From assembly GCA_038087875.1 (NCBI GenBank), contig CM075992.1:11472001-11536000 (forward strand): a stretch of 64,000 nt of DNA. Direction: 5' to 3'. Of the stretch, positions 49,651 to 62,740 are shown piece by piece. Below the pieces are notes generated by a model. It saw only the letters and a program-made list of their open reading frames with translations, was not told where the DNA came from and ran no database searches. Each line of letters opens with the position of its first letter. Position 1 is the first letter of the stretch. Made by a program: the position numbers and the translations under genes. The stretch comes from Malacoraja senta. Its lineage: Eukaryota.

Positions 49651-52248
49651 GTGTTCTCCATCATCGTTTTGTTATACAGCAGCTGCTTTCCCCTTAATCC
49701 CCCCCTCCCTACAATTGTTTATTTAGATATATGTGCATATATATATATTTTTTTTTCTTATTTTTTTTTTCTATTTTTATTTTTATATAGCACATTTTGT
49801 TTCGTCTATTCCACCATTTGTGTGTGGGTGTGTACGTATGTGAGTGTTGTTTGTCCCTGTTTGGCTCCGACCTGACTTGGGTGTGTTGAAGGTGGGTAAG
49901 GGTTTTGAGGATCGCTTACATACTGTTGTACAATTATGCCTTGATTATTACTGTCTGTTATTATTGTATGTATGTAAATTGCTGTGAAATTCAAATAAAA
50001 AGATTAAATTCAAGAACAACAGAAGATAACCAAAAAGACAATACGGGGAGAAAAGGTGAGGTACGAAGGTAAGCTAGCCAAGAATATAAAGCAGGATAGT
50101 AAAAGCTTCTTTAGGTATGTGAAGAGGAAAAAATTAGTTAAGACCAAAGTTGGACCCTTGAAGACTGAAAAAGGTGAATTTATTATGGGGAACAAGGAAA
50201 TGGCAGATGAACTGGTACTTTGTATCTGTCTTCACTAAGGAGGATACAAACAATCTTCCTGATATAGTAGTGGCCAGAGGATCTGGGGTGACAGAGGAAG
50301 TGAAGGAAATCCACATTAGGCAGGAAATGGTGTTGGATAGACCGATGGGACTGAAGGCTGATCAATCCCCAGGGCCTGATGGTCTGCATCCCAGGGTACT
50401 TATTTTCCCAGGGTGATAATTTTTCAATGTTCTATAGACTTGGGATCAGTTCCTGTGGATTGGAGGGTAGCTAAAATTATCCCACTTTTTAAGAAAGGCG
50501 GGAGAGAGAAAACGGGGAATTATAGACCAGTTAGCCTGACATCGGTGGTGGGTAAGATGCTGGAGTCAATTATAAAAGATGAAATAACGTCACATTTGGA
50601 TAGCAGTAACAGGATCCGTCCGAGTCAGCATGGATTTACGAAGGAGAAATCATGCTTAACTAATCTTCTGGAATTTTTTGAGGATGTAACTAGGAAAATG
50701 GACAAGGGAGCCAGTGGATGAAGTGTACCTGGACTTTCAGAAAGCATTTGACAAGGTCCCACATAGGAGATTAGTGGGCAAAATGAGGGCACATGGTATT
50801 GGGGGTATAGTGCTGACGGATAGAAAATTGGTTGGCAGACAGGAAACAAAGAGTAGGGATTAACGGGGTCCCTTTCAGAATGGGAGGCAGTGACTAGTGG
50901 GGTGCAGCAAGGCTCGGTGCTGGGACCGCAGCTATGTATCAATGATTTAGATGAAGGGATTCAAAGTAACATTAGCAAATTTGCAGATGACACAAAGCTG
51001 GGTGGCAGTGTGAACTGTGAGGAGGATGCTATGAGAATGCAGGGTGACTTGGACAGGTTGGGTGTGTGGGCAGATGCATGGCAGATGCATTTTAATGTGG
51101 ATAAATGTGACGTTATCCACATTGGTAGCAAAGACAGGAAGGCAGATTACTAGCTAAATGGTGTCAAGTTGGGAAAAGGAAGTACAAAATTATCTGCGGG
51201 TCCTTGTTCATCAGTCAATGAAAGTAAGCATGGTACAGCAGGCAGTGAAAAAGCGAATGGGATGTTGGCCTTTATAGCAAGAGGAGTTGAATATAGGAGC
51301 AAAGAGGTCCTTCTGCAGTTGTATAGGGCCCTAGTGAGACCACACCTGGTGTATAGAGGGCGGTGGAGGCAGGTTCTCTGGATGCTTTCAAGAGAGCTAG
51401 ATAGGGCTCTTAAAAATAGCGGAGTCAGGGGATATGGGGAGAAGGCAGGAACGGGGTACTGATTGGAGATGATCAGTCATGATCACATTGAATGGCGGTG
51501 CTGGCGCGAAGGGCCAAATGGCCAACTCCTGCACCTATTGTCTATTATCTATTGTGCGCAGTTTTGGTCCTCTAATTTGAGAAAGGACATTCTTGCTATT
51601 GAGGGAGTGCAGTGTAGGTTTACAAGGTTAATTCCCGGAATGGCGGGACTGTCATATGCTGAGAGAATGGAGTGGCTGGGCTTGTTTACTCTGGAATTTA
51701 GGTTGAGAGGGGATGTTATTGAAACATAGAGGATTATTAAGGGCTTGGACACGCTAAAGTCAGGAAACATGTTCCCGATGTTGGGGAAGTCCAGAACCAG
51801 GGGCCACAGTTTCAGAATAAGGGGTAAACCATTTAGAATGGAGACGAGGAAACATTTTTTCTCACAGAGAGTTGTGAGTCTGTGGATTCTCTGCCTCAGA
51901 GGGCGGTGGAGGCAGGTTCTCTGGATGCTTTCAAAAGAGAGCTAGATAGGGCTCTTAAAGATAGCGGAGTCAGGGGATATGGGGAGAAGGCAGGAACGGG
52001 GTACTGATTGGGGATGATCAGCCATGATCACATTAAATGGCGGTGCTGGCTCGAAGGGCCGAATGGCCTACTCCTGCACCTATTGTCAATTGTCTGTTGT
52101 CTATTGATTTTCCAATACTTCTCTATGTACCTGAAACCAACTGCTATGGCCTTGCCTCTTCCCATTCATGCCAAGTTCAAAGCACAAGCTCCCCAGTGAG
52201 GCAAAACAGTAAAGTATTAAATACAAAAATATGAGTTTCACCACCCAC

Positions 52249-52400
52249 CTTTGCAGCCTCTGTATTCTGTGAAGTTACGTTGTTTGCTCGGTGGAAATAT
52301 CCTGCCTTACAGGTACAGTAGTAGTTTCCCACTGTGTTGTGACAATCAGTGTTGTTGTCACACGGTGTTTGTGCAGAAGTTCCATTACATTCATCCTCAT
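52249..52400 (-). pseudogene. ADGRE5-like: EGF exon copy 2, 152 nt with a 1-nt deletion: [37 protein letters not shown]/..TEYRGCK
   Basis: Splice sites are intact. CAC-CG-AGC replaces CAC-CCG-AGC. The deletion may be a homopolymer assembly error. Confidence 0.8.
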
Positions 52401-53739
52401 CTGGATAGAGGAGGAGAAAAAAGATCCATGCTTTAATAAAAACCAAGAAGGGATGAGTGGTCTGTTGCCCATGCCAGCCCTCACACTCCACAGCTGATAA
52501 TTCCTGGTCCTATCGTGACCTGTCCCTCCATCTCCACCATCCCTTGATTCAATCAACATTCACAATGTCAGCCTGGTGTGTCCTCAACAACTGTGGCTCC
52601 ACAGTGAGGAACAGGAAGACTCACAACCTTCTGAACTAAGGGACCTTTCCTCAGCCCAGCCCTAAACGGACAAAGCCGCTGCCTCTCTGCTCCTCTGTTA
52701 CTCCCACATCTACATCAGCAAACTTAGATTCTTTCTGCTTTTTGTGAAGTGTGTTATGTCATTACAAGGAGTCTTGCCTACCCCTCACTCCTCCCCCCAC
52801 TTACCCCACCTGGCCATCACCACACATCCCTCCCAGTGGACCCCCTCTCCCCTCCGTTGTTCCCATCCCCCACTACTCTTCCCATATTGATTCACTCTTC
52901 ACCTTGCTTTCCTATCAAATTCCAGAATCTGCAGCCTTTTCTTGTTTCCACATCACCTCCCGGTCCCTGTCTCTATCTCCACCCTTCCCTGCCCCATCTC
53001 ACTCCATCTGCTAATTAACCCTTCCTCATCTGTATCCACCTATCACTTTCCACACTTGCCCCAAGCCCTCTCCCACTCTTTGCAGTGGCTATCTCCCTTC
53101 TATTCTTTCTGCCCACATGAAGGTCAGAACCTGTCCATTTTCCACCAGAGATGCTGCCTGACCCACTGACAACTCTCCTTTTTTGTGCCAGATTCCAAAC
53201 CTGTCCTATCCATGTACAGTATCTGTCTAACAACATCCAATTCACCAGCTCACCTTGGATTCCTGACTAGTCTACCATGTGGGACATTGTCAAAGTCCAT
53301 CCAAAGTCCATATAAACAACATTGCCCTACCCCAATCAATCCTCTTAGTGACTTCATGAAAAACTCAGATTCATTTCCCACATAAAAAGCCACGCTGGCT
53401 GTAGAACATGGAATTTTGGAACAAACCTGCCATAATGTCCAGTCTGACTGGTTTATTTGATGCAACTGATGTCAATCACAAGTCATGGCACAGTTGGGTA
53501 AAAGCAATGTTATGAAAGTTAGAGTCAACGGACTTTCAAAGGCCATAAATTATGTCAGAAATGTTCATGTTGATCAAACAAGGTGGACGGAGGGAAGCTT
53601 ATTAATTTCACACTGGTAGACGGCTCAAATATCAGAAAGAATGTGAGGAAAAACCGAGATCTAAGCTTTTGAATTGGAATCATCTTGTAGCTAAAAGGTG
53701 GGGGAATGTAATTGATATACGGCAGCATTGTAAGGAGAG

Positions 53740-56290
53740 GTGGGAGGCTGCAAGTTGAATCAGGAGCTAAAATTGGCATGTTGTAAAGGTAATGCTACCG
53801 TTGTTATGGGAGATTTCAACATGCCGGTAGACTGGGAAAATCAGGTTGGTACTGGACCCCAAGAAAGGGAGTTTGTGGAGTGCCTCTGTGATGGATTCTT
53901 AGAGCAGCTTGTATTGGAGCCTACCAGGGAGAAGGCAATTCTGGATTTAATGTTGTGTAATGAACCGGATTTGATAAAGGAACTTGAGGTTAAGGAGCCA
54001 TTAGGAGGTAGTGACCATAATATGGTCAAGTTTAATCTACAATTGGAGAGGGAAAAGGGTAAATTGGAGGTGTCGGTGTTACAATTGAATACAGAGGGCT
54101 ATGGAGCCATGAGGGAGAAGCTGGCCAAATTGACTGGAAAAATACATGAGAAGGGATGACAGTGGAACAACAATGGCAGGTATTTCTGGGAATAATACAG
54201 AAGTTGCAGGATCAGTTCATTCCAAAGAGGGAGAAAGATTCCAAGGGGAGTAAGGGGCGACTGTGGCTGACCAGGGACGTCAGGGACAGTATAAAAATAA
54301 AAGAGAAGAAATACAACGTAGCATAGATGACCGGGAAGCAAGAGGATTGGGTAATGTCTAAAGAGCAACAGAAGAGAACTAATAAGGCAATACGGGGAGA
54401 AAAGATGAGGTACGAAGGTAAGCTAGCCAAGAATATAAAGGAGGATAGTAAAAGCTTCTTTAGGTATGTAAAGAGGAAAAAATTAGTTTAAGACCAAAGT
54501 TGGACCCTTGAAGACTGAAAAAGGTGAATTTATTATGGGGAACAAGGAAATGGCAGATGAGTCGAACAGGTACTTTGGATCCGTATTCACTAAGGAGGAC
54601 ACAAACACTTCCTGATATACTAGTGGCCAGAGGATCTGGGTGACAGAGGAACTGAAGGAAATCCACATTAAGCAGGAAATGGTGTTGGGTAGATTGATGG
54701 GACTGAAGGCTGATAAATCCCCAGGGCCTCATGGTCTGCATCCCAGGGTACTGAAGGAAGTGGCTTTAGAAATCGTGGATGCATTGGTGATAATTTTCCA
54801 GAGTTTTATAGATTCAGGATCTGTTCCTGTGGGTAAGAGGGTAGCTAATGTTATCCCATTTTTTAAGAAAGGCGGGGAGAAGTGAAACAGGGAATTATAG
54901 ACCAATTAGCCTGACATCGGTGGTGGGGAAGATGCTGGAGTCATTTATAAAAGATGAAATAGCGGCACATTTGGATAGCAGTAACAGGATCGGTCCGAGT
55001 CAGCATGGATTTACGAAGGGGAAATCGTGCTTGATTAATCTTCTGGAATTTTTTGAGGATGTAACCAGGAAAATGGACAAGGGAGAGCCAGTGGATGTAG
55101 TGTACCTGCATTTTCAGAAAGCATTTGATAAGGTCCCACATAGGAGATTATTAGGGGAAAATTAGGGCACAAGGTATTGGGGTAGAGTGCTGACATGGAT
55201 AGAAAATTGGTTGGCAGACAGGAAACAAAGAGTAGGGATTAACGGGTCCCTTTCAGAATGGCAGGCAGTGACTAGTCGGGTGCCGCAATGCTCAGTGCTG
55301 GGAACGCACCTATTTACAATATACATCAATGATTTAGATGAAGGGATTCAAAGTAACATTAGCAAATTTTCAGATGGCACGAAGCTGGGTGGCAGTGTGA
55401 ACTGTGAGGAGGATGCTATGAGAATGCAGGGCGACTTGGACAGGTTGAGTGTGTGGGCAGATGCATGGCAGATGCAGTTTAATGTGGATAAATGTGGTTA
55501 TCCACTGTTAGCAAAAACAGGAAGGCAGATTACTATCTAAATGGTATCAAGTTGGAAAAGGGGAAGTACAACATGATCTGGGGGTCCTTGTTCATCAGTC
55601 AATGGAAGTAAGCATGCAGGTACAGCAGGCAGTGAAGAAAGTGAATGGCATGTTGGCCTTTATAACAAAAGGAGTTGAGTATAGGAGCAAAGAGGTCCTT
55701 CTGCAGTTGTACAGAGCCCTAGTGAGACCACATCTGGAGTATTGTGTGCAATTTTGGTCCCTAATTTGAGGAAGGACATTCTGGTTATTGAGGGAGTTCA
55801 GCGTAGGTTTACAAGGTTAATTCCCAGGATGGCGGGACTGTCATATGCTGAGAGAATGGAGCGGCTGGGCTTGTATACTCTGGAGATTAGAAGGATGAGA
55901 GGATATCTTATTGAAACATATAAGATTATTAAGAGTTTGGACACTCTAGAGGCAGGAAACATGTTCCTGATGTTGGGGGAGTCCAGAACCAGGGACCACA
56001 GTTTCAGAATAAGGGGTAAACCATTTCGAACGGAAACGAGGAAACACTTTTCTCACAGAGAGTTGGTGAGTCTGTGGATTCTCTGCCTCAGAGGGCGGTG
56101 AATGCCGGTTCTTTTGATACTTTCAAGAGAGAGCTAGATAGGGTCTTAAAGATAGCAGAGTCAGGGGATATGGAGAGAAGGCAGGAACGGGTATTGATTG
56201 GGGATGATCAGCCATGATCACATTAAATGGCGGTGCTGGCTCGAAGGGCTGAATGGCCTATTCCTGCACCTATTGCCTATTGTCTATTGA
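53740..56290 (+). mobile_element. 5'-truncated CR1 (unit A2)
   Basis: Same truncation point and upstream flank as the 35850 copy. Confidence 0.93.
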
Positions 56291-56431
56291 TTTTCCAATA
56301 CTCCTCTATGTACCTGAAGCCAGCTGCTATGGCCTTGCCTCTTCCCATTTATGCCAAGTTCAAAGCACAAGCACCCCATTGAGGCAAAACAGTAAAGTAT
56401 TAAATAGAAAAATATGAGTGTCAACACCCAC

Positions 56432-56584
56432 CTTTGCAGCCTCTGTTGTCTGTGAAGTTACGTTGTTTGCTCAGGTGGAAATATCCTGCCTTACAGGTAC
56501 AGTAGTAGCTTCCCACTGTGTTGTGACAATCAGTGTTGTTGCCACACAGTGTTTGTGCAGAAGTTCCATTACATTCATCCTCAT
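56432..56584 (-). CDS. ADGRE5-like: EGF exon copy 3: [51 protein letters not shown]
   Basis: 153 nt, phase 1-1, intact AG/GT. Full calcium-binding EGF consensus, including C-x-N-x4-Y-x-C-x-C. Confidence 0.92.
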
Positions 56585-57884
56585 CTGGATGGAGGAGGAG
56601 AAAAAAAATCCATGCTTTAATAAAAAACCAAGAAGGGATGAGTGGTCTGTTGCCCATGCCAGCCCTCACACTCCACAGCTGATCATTCCTGGTCCTATCG
56701 TGAACTGTCCCTCCATCTCCACCATCCCTTGATTCAATCAACATTCACAATGTCAGCCTGGTGTGTCCTCAACCACTGTGGCTCCACAGTGAGGAACAGG
56801 AAGACTCACAACCTTCTCAGCAAAGGGACCTTTCCTCAGCCCAGGCCTAAACGGACAAAGCCACTGCCTCTCTGCTCCTCTGTTACTCCCACATCTACAT
56901 CAGCAAACTTAGATTCTTTCTTACCCCACTTACCCCACCTGGCCATCACCACACATCCCTCCCAGTGTACCCCCTCCCCCCTCCATTGTTCCCATCCCCC
57001 ACTACTCTTCCCATATTGATTCACTCTTCACCTTGCTTTCATATTGAATTCCAGAATCCGCAGCCTTTTCTTGTTTCCACATCACCTCCCGGTCCCTGTC
57101 TCTATCTCCACCCTTCCCTACCCCACCTTACTCCATCTGCTAATTAACACTTCCTCATCTGTATTCACCTATCACTTGCCACACTTGCCCCAAGCCCTCC
57201 CCGAGTCTTTGCAGTGGCTATCTCCCTTCTATTCTTTCTGCCCACATGAAGGTCAGAACCTGTCCATTGTCCACCAGAGATGCTGCCTGACCCACTGACA
57301 ACTCTCCTTTATTGTGCCAGATCCCAGCATCTGCGATCTCTCGTGCCTCGTAGACCACCTCATGATTCACTCTCATTCAAATATTCATCACAAGAGAAAT
57401 AGAACAATGTTCTTGGTCTTTTCACAACCGAAGGCTTTGGTGCGATCTGAAAGTAAGGGTGGTTAGCTTTGTCCAAGCTTGCATCGCTGATCCACTGGCT
57501 CTTGAGGCAATGCGATTCCGGAATGAGCAGTCTTCCCTTGATAGGGTTAGAGACACCTGGTGATTGAAGGTGGGGAGACTGGGAAACTTGAGGCAGAGTG
57601 AGGTACCCTGACCTTGCCTCAGCTTTCCCCATCTTGGTGTCACGGATACCCATTGAACCATCCGTACCATCCGCCATTCAGGAACTGCAGATACTGGCTT
57701 AGAGAAAAAGACTCAAAGTGTTGGATTACCTCAGCAGACCAGGCAGCATCACTGGAGAACAGGTACAGGTGACATTTTGGGTTGTCGTGTAGGGGGGGGG
57801 GGGGGAAGAACGCTGGAAGAGAAGTCGGGGCAGGACAAAGCCTGGCAAGTGATATGTAGATACAAGTGGGGAAGGGGCTGATTA

Positions 57885-60800
57885 ACTCCCGTGGATTTTG
57901 TAGAAACAGCAACAAAGAGAAGCAGGAAAAAGCACTGATTGGCTCTAGCTCGAGTGGGAGGAGAGTTAGAAGTGAGTCAGAGGGGGAAAACAGTTTAAAA
58001 CTGAGGAATTTGGTTTGTAAATTGGTAAATTTGGCAATTTATCAGTCAATATAAGCAAGGCGGCTCTTAGGGAGCGGCCTTGTGAGGCAAGTGCCTTGTG
58101 AGAAAAATGTGAGTCTTTGGATCGAGAGACTTTGGCGAGGAGGCTGAGGAGAGGAGGCTACGCATAAAGGTGGAGAGGACGGAACGCGGTGAACACATGT
58201 CGGGGCAGATGAGACATTGTGAGGCTTGCAGAATAAGGGAGCCCAGGGACACAGATGGAGCCTCTGGCTGCTACACCTGTGGCAAGTTCATCCAGATTCA
58301 GTTCCTAAAGGACCGTGTTGGGGCACTGGAGAAACAGCTGCATTACCTCCGGGCCCTCCAGGAAAATGAGAGTTTCCTGGACAGGACATACAGTGAGGTA
58401 GTCACGTCGAGGTTACGGGAAGAACCAAGGTGTGTGACGAAGAGAAAGGGTGGAAATCGTGGAGTGCAGAAGACTCAGGTGGCTGTGCCTAATGAAAACA
58501 GGAACGCCCTCTTGGGAACTGTCTGGGGAGACGATGTTTCCAGTCCGAGCGGCGGACACGTCGGTGGCTCCAATCCTGGAGATGGGACTCGACCGGCGAG
58601 ACCGACGTCAGGCAGAGCACTAGTGGTGGGTGACTCCATTGTCCGAGGGATGGACAGGAGATTCTGTGGTGGTAGACGAGATGCGAGGATTGTCTGTTGC
58701 CTCCCTGGTTCCAGGGTTCAGGACGTCACGAGCCAAATTCTGAACATCCTCGAGAGAGAGAAGGTGAACAGCCGGCAGTAGTTGTGCACGTAGGCACAAA
58801 CGACATTGGGAAGGAGGTTCTCCAACATGACTTCAGAGAGTTGGGAAGAAGACTGAAAGGCTGGACTTCTACGGTGGTTATCTCTGGATTGCTTCCAGTA
58901 CCTCGTGCTAGTGAGCACAGGAACAGGGAGATAGGGGATCTGAATGTGTGGCTGAGGGGCTGGAGCAGGGAGCAAGGATTTAGATTTATAGACCACTGGG
59001 ATCTCTTCTGGGGTAGAGGTGACCTGTACAAAAGGGACGGGTTACACCTCAACTGGAGGGGGACCGACATTCTGGCAGGCAGGTTTGCTAGGGCTACACG
59101 TGTGGGTTTAAACTAAATAGTGGGGGGGAGGGGTTGACATATTGGGAATATAAAGAGGGAGTTGAAGGGGAAGTGGCTACAGGAAAAATTACAAAAGATT
59201 TTCGAATTAATGGGAAGGAAAGCTTGAGAATGGACAACAGAGTAAGGTCAGGGCCAATTGCGAGCGGTGCGAGGGGGGAAGTGAATACGGAGGTCAAAGT
59301 GCTGTATATGAATGCGTGAAGTATAAGGAATAAAGTGGAAACGCTTGAAGCTCAGTTAGAAATTGGAAGTATGATGTTGTGGGAATTACTGAGACATGGC
59401 TGCAAGAGGGCCAGGGCTGGGAACTGAATATTCAAGGGTATACCTCCTATCGAAAAGACAGAACGGTGGGCAGAGGGGGTGTGGTTGCCCTGTTGGTGAG
59501 GAATGAAATTCAGTCCCTTGCAAAGGTTGACATTGAAACAGGAGATGTGGAGTCATTATGGATAGAACTAAGGAATTGTAAGGGTAAAAATACCCTAATG
59601 GGACTAATCTACAGGCCCCCAAACAGTAGCCTGGACATAGGGCGCAAGTTGAATCAGGAGTTAAAATTGGCATGTAGTAAAAGTAATGCTGTGGTTGTTA
59701 TGGGAGATTTCAACATGCAGGTAGACTGGGAAAATCAGGTTAGTACTGGACCCCAAGAAAGGGACTTTGTAGAGTGCCTTAGTGATGGAATGTTTGAACA
59801 GCTTGTATTGGAGCCTACCAGGGAGAAGGCAATTCTGGATTTAGTGTTAAGTAATGAACCAGATTTGATAAAGGACCTCGAGGTTAATGAGCCATTAGGA
59901 GGCAGTGACCATAACATGGTCAGGTTTAATCTACAATTGGAGAGGGAGAAGAGTAGATCGGAGGTATCAGTGTTGCAGTTGAATAAAGGGGGCTATGGGG
60001 CCATGAGGGAGGAGCTGGCCAAAGTTGACTGGAAAGATACACTGGCAGGGATGACAGTGGAACAAAAATGGCAGGTGTTTTTAGGAATAATACAGAAGGT
60101 GCAGGGTCAGTTCATTCCAAAAGATTCTAGGGGGAGAAAGAGACGACCATGGCTGACAAGGGGACGTCAAGGAGAGTATAAAAATTAAAGCGAAAAAGTA
60201 CAAAGTACAAAGGTGAGCGGGAAGCAAGAGGATTGTGTAATGTTTAAAGAACAACAGAAGATAACTAAAAAGACAATACGGGGAGAAAAGATGAGGTACG
60301 AAGGTAAGCTAGCCAAGAATATAAAGCAGGATAGTAAAAGCTTCTTTAGGTATGTGAAGAGGAAAAAATTAGTTAAGACCAAAGTTGGACCCTTGAAGAC
60401 CGAAAAAGGTGAATTTATTATGGGGAACAAGGAAATGGCAGATGAACTGGTACTTTGTATCTGTCTTCACCAAGGAGGATACAAACAATCTTCCTGATAT
60501 AGTAGTGGCCAGAGGATCTGGGGTGACAGAGGAACTGAAGGAAATCCACATTAGGCAGGAAATGGTGTTGGATAGACCGATGGGACTGAAGGCTGATCAA
60601 TCCCCAGGGCCTGATGGTCTGCATCCCAGAGTACTTATTTTCCCAGGGTGATAATTTTCCAATGTTCTATAGACTCAGGATCAGTTCCTGTAGATTGGAG
60701 GGTAGCTAATGTTATCCCACTTTTTAAGAATGGCGGGAGAGAGAAAACAGGGAATTATAGACCAGTTAGCCTGACATCGGTGGTGGGTAAGATGTGGGAG

Positions 60801-61810
60801 TCAATTATAAAAGATGAAATAACGTCACATTTGGATAGCAGTAACAGGATCGGTCCGAGTCAGCATGGATTTACGAAGGAGAAATCATGCTTAACTAATC
60901 TTCTGGAATTTTTTGAGGATGTAACTAGGAAAATGGACAAGGGAGCCAGTGGATGAAGTGTACCTGGACTTTCAGAAAGCATTTGACAAGGTCCCACATA
61001 GGAGATTAGTGGGCAAAATTAGGGCACACAGTATTGGGGCTAGAGTGCTGACGGATAGAAAATTGGTTGGCAGACACGAAACAGAGTAGGGATTAACGGG
61101 GTCCCTTTCAGAATGGGAGACAGTGACTAGTGGGGTGCAGCAAGGCTCGGTGCTGGGACCACAGCTATGTACAATATACATCAATGATTTAGATGAAGGG
61201 ATTCAAAGTAACATTAGCAAATTTGCAGGTGACACAAAGCTTGGTGGCAGTGTGAACTGTGAGGAGGATGCTATGAGAATGCAGGGTGACTTGGACAGGT
61301 TGAGTGTGTGGGCAGATGCATGGCAGATGCAGTTTAATGTTGATAAATGTGAAGTTATCCACACTGCTAGCAAAAACAGGAAGGCAGATTACTATCTAAA
61401 TGGTGTCAAGTTGGGAAAAGGAAGTACAAAAGGATCTGCGGGTCCTTGTTCATCAGTCAATGAAAGTAAGCATGGTACAGCAGGCAGTGAAGAAAGCGAA
61501 TGGGATGTTGGCCTTTATAGCAAGAGGAGTTGAATATAGGAGCAAAGAGGTCCTTCTGCAGTTGAATAGGGCCCTAGTGAGAGCACACCTGGAGTATAGA
61601 GGGCGGTGGAGGCAGGTTCTCTGGATGCTTTCAAGAGAGAGCTAGATAGGGCTCTTAAACATAGCGGAGTCAGGGGATGTGGGGTGAAGGCAAGAACGGG
61701 GTACTGATTGGGGATGATCAGCCATGATCACATTAAAATGCGGTGCTGGCGCGAAGGGCCGAATGGCCTATTCCTGCACCTATTACCTATTGTCTATTGT
61801 CTATTGATTT
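57885..61810 (+). mobile_element. Near full-length CR1 (unit B2)
   Basis: ORF1 at 58170-59116, EN at 59379-60188, RT to ~61600. Shares private lesions with B1. Confidence 0.92.
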
Positions 61811-61948
61811 TCCAATACTCCTCTATGTACCTGAAACGAGCTGCTATGGCTTTGCCTCTTCCCATTCATGCCAAGTTCAAAGCACAAGCTCCCCAGTGAG
61901 GCAAAACAGTAAAGTATTAAATACACAAATATGAGTGTCACCACCCAC

Positions 61949-62100
61949 CTTTGCAGCCTCTTTTGTCTGTGAAGTTACGTTGTTTGCTCGGTGGAAATAT
62001 CCTGCCTTACAGGTACAGTAGTAGCTTCCCACTGTGTTGTGACAATCAGTGATGTTGCCACACAGTGCTTGTGCAGAAGTTCCATTGCATTCATCCTCAT
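61949..62100 (-). pseudogene. ADGRE5-like: EGF exon copy 4, 152 nt with the same 1-nt deletion as copy 2: [37 protein letters not shown]/..TDKRGCK
   Basis: Splice sites are intact. The plus strand reads TTTGCTCGGTGG, as in copy 2, versus TTTGCTCGGGTGG in copy 1. Confidence 0.8.
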
Positions 62101-62740
62101 CTGGATGGAGGAGGAGAAAAAAGATCCATGCTTTAATCAAAACCAAGAAGGGATGAGTGGTCTGTTGCCCATGCTAGCCCTCACACTCCACAGCTGATCA
62201 TTCCTGGTCCTATCGTGACCTGTCCCTCCATCTCCACCATCCCTTGATTCAATCAACATTCACAATGTCAGCTTGGTGTGTCCTCAACAACTGTGGCTCC
62301 ACAGTGAGGAACAGGAAGACTCACAACCTTCTGAGCAAAGGGACCTTTCCTCAGCCCAGGCCTAAACGGACAAAGCCGCTGCCTCTCTACTCCTCTGTTA
62401 CTCCTACATCTACATCAGCAATTGTTTGTGAAGTCTGTTATGTCATTACAAGGAGTCTTGCCTACCCCTGCTTCTCACAATACCCCTCACTCCTCCTCCC
62501 ACCTACCCCACCTTGCCATCACCACACATCCCTCCCAGTGGACCCCCTCCCCCCTCCGTTGTTCCCATCCCCCACTACTCTTCCCATATTGATTCACCTT
62601 TCGCCTTGCTTTCCTATCAAATTCTAGAATCTGCAGCCTTTTCTTGTTTCCACTTCACCTCCTGTCTCTATCTCCCCCCTTCCCTGCCACACCTCACTCC
62701 TTCTGCTAATTAACCCTTCCTCATCTGTAACTACCTATCA

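Larger units (their letters stand above)
43754..50011 (+). mobile_element. Near full-length L1-clade LINE (ORF1 + ORF2)
   Basis: ORF1 at ~43901-44706 (LEGRSRRNNIRIVGLPE, DRAHR). ORF2 at 45879-49650 (SWNVRG, QETH, GGDFN, RIDFF, SDH, SPGPDGF, YADD) with one stop and a few frameshifts. TSD at 43726-43753 and 50012-50039. Confidence 0.96.
40050..52105 (+). mobile_element. Near full-length CR1 (unit B1) with internal rearrangement and SINE + L1 insertions
   Basis: 5'UTR, esterase ORF1 (VGDSIVRG, 40603-41406), EN from ~41590, RT at 50010-51900. The 3' end is duplicated (51355-51550 and 51895-52105). Confidence 0.9.
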
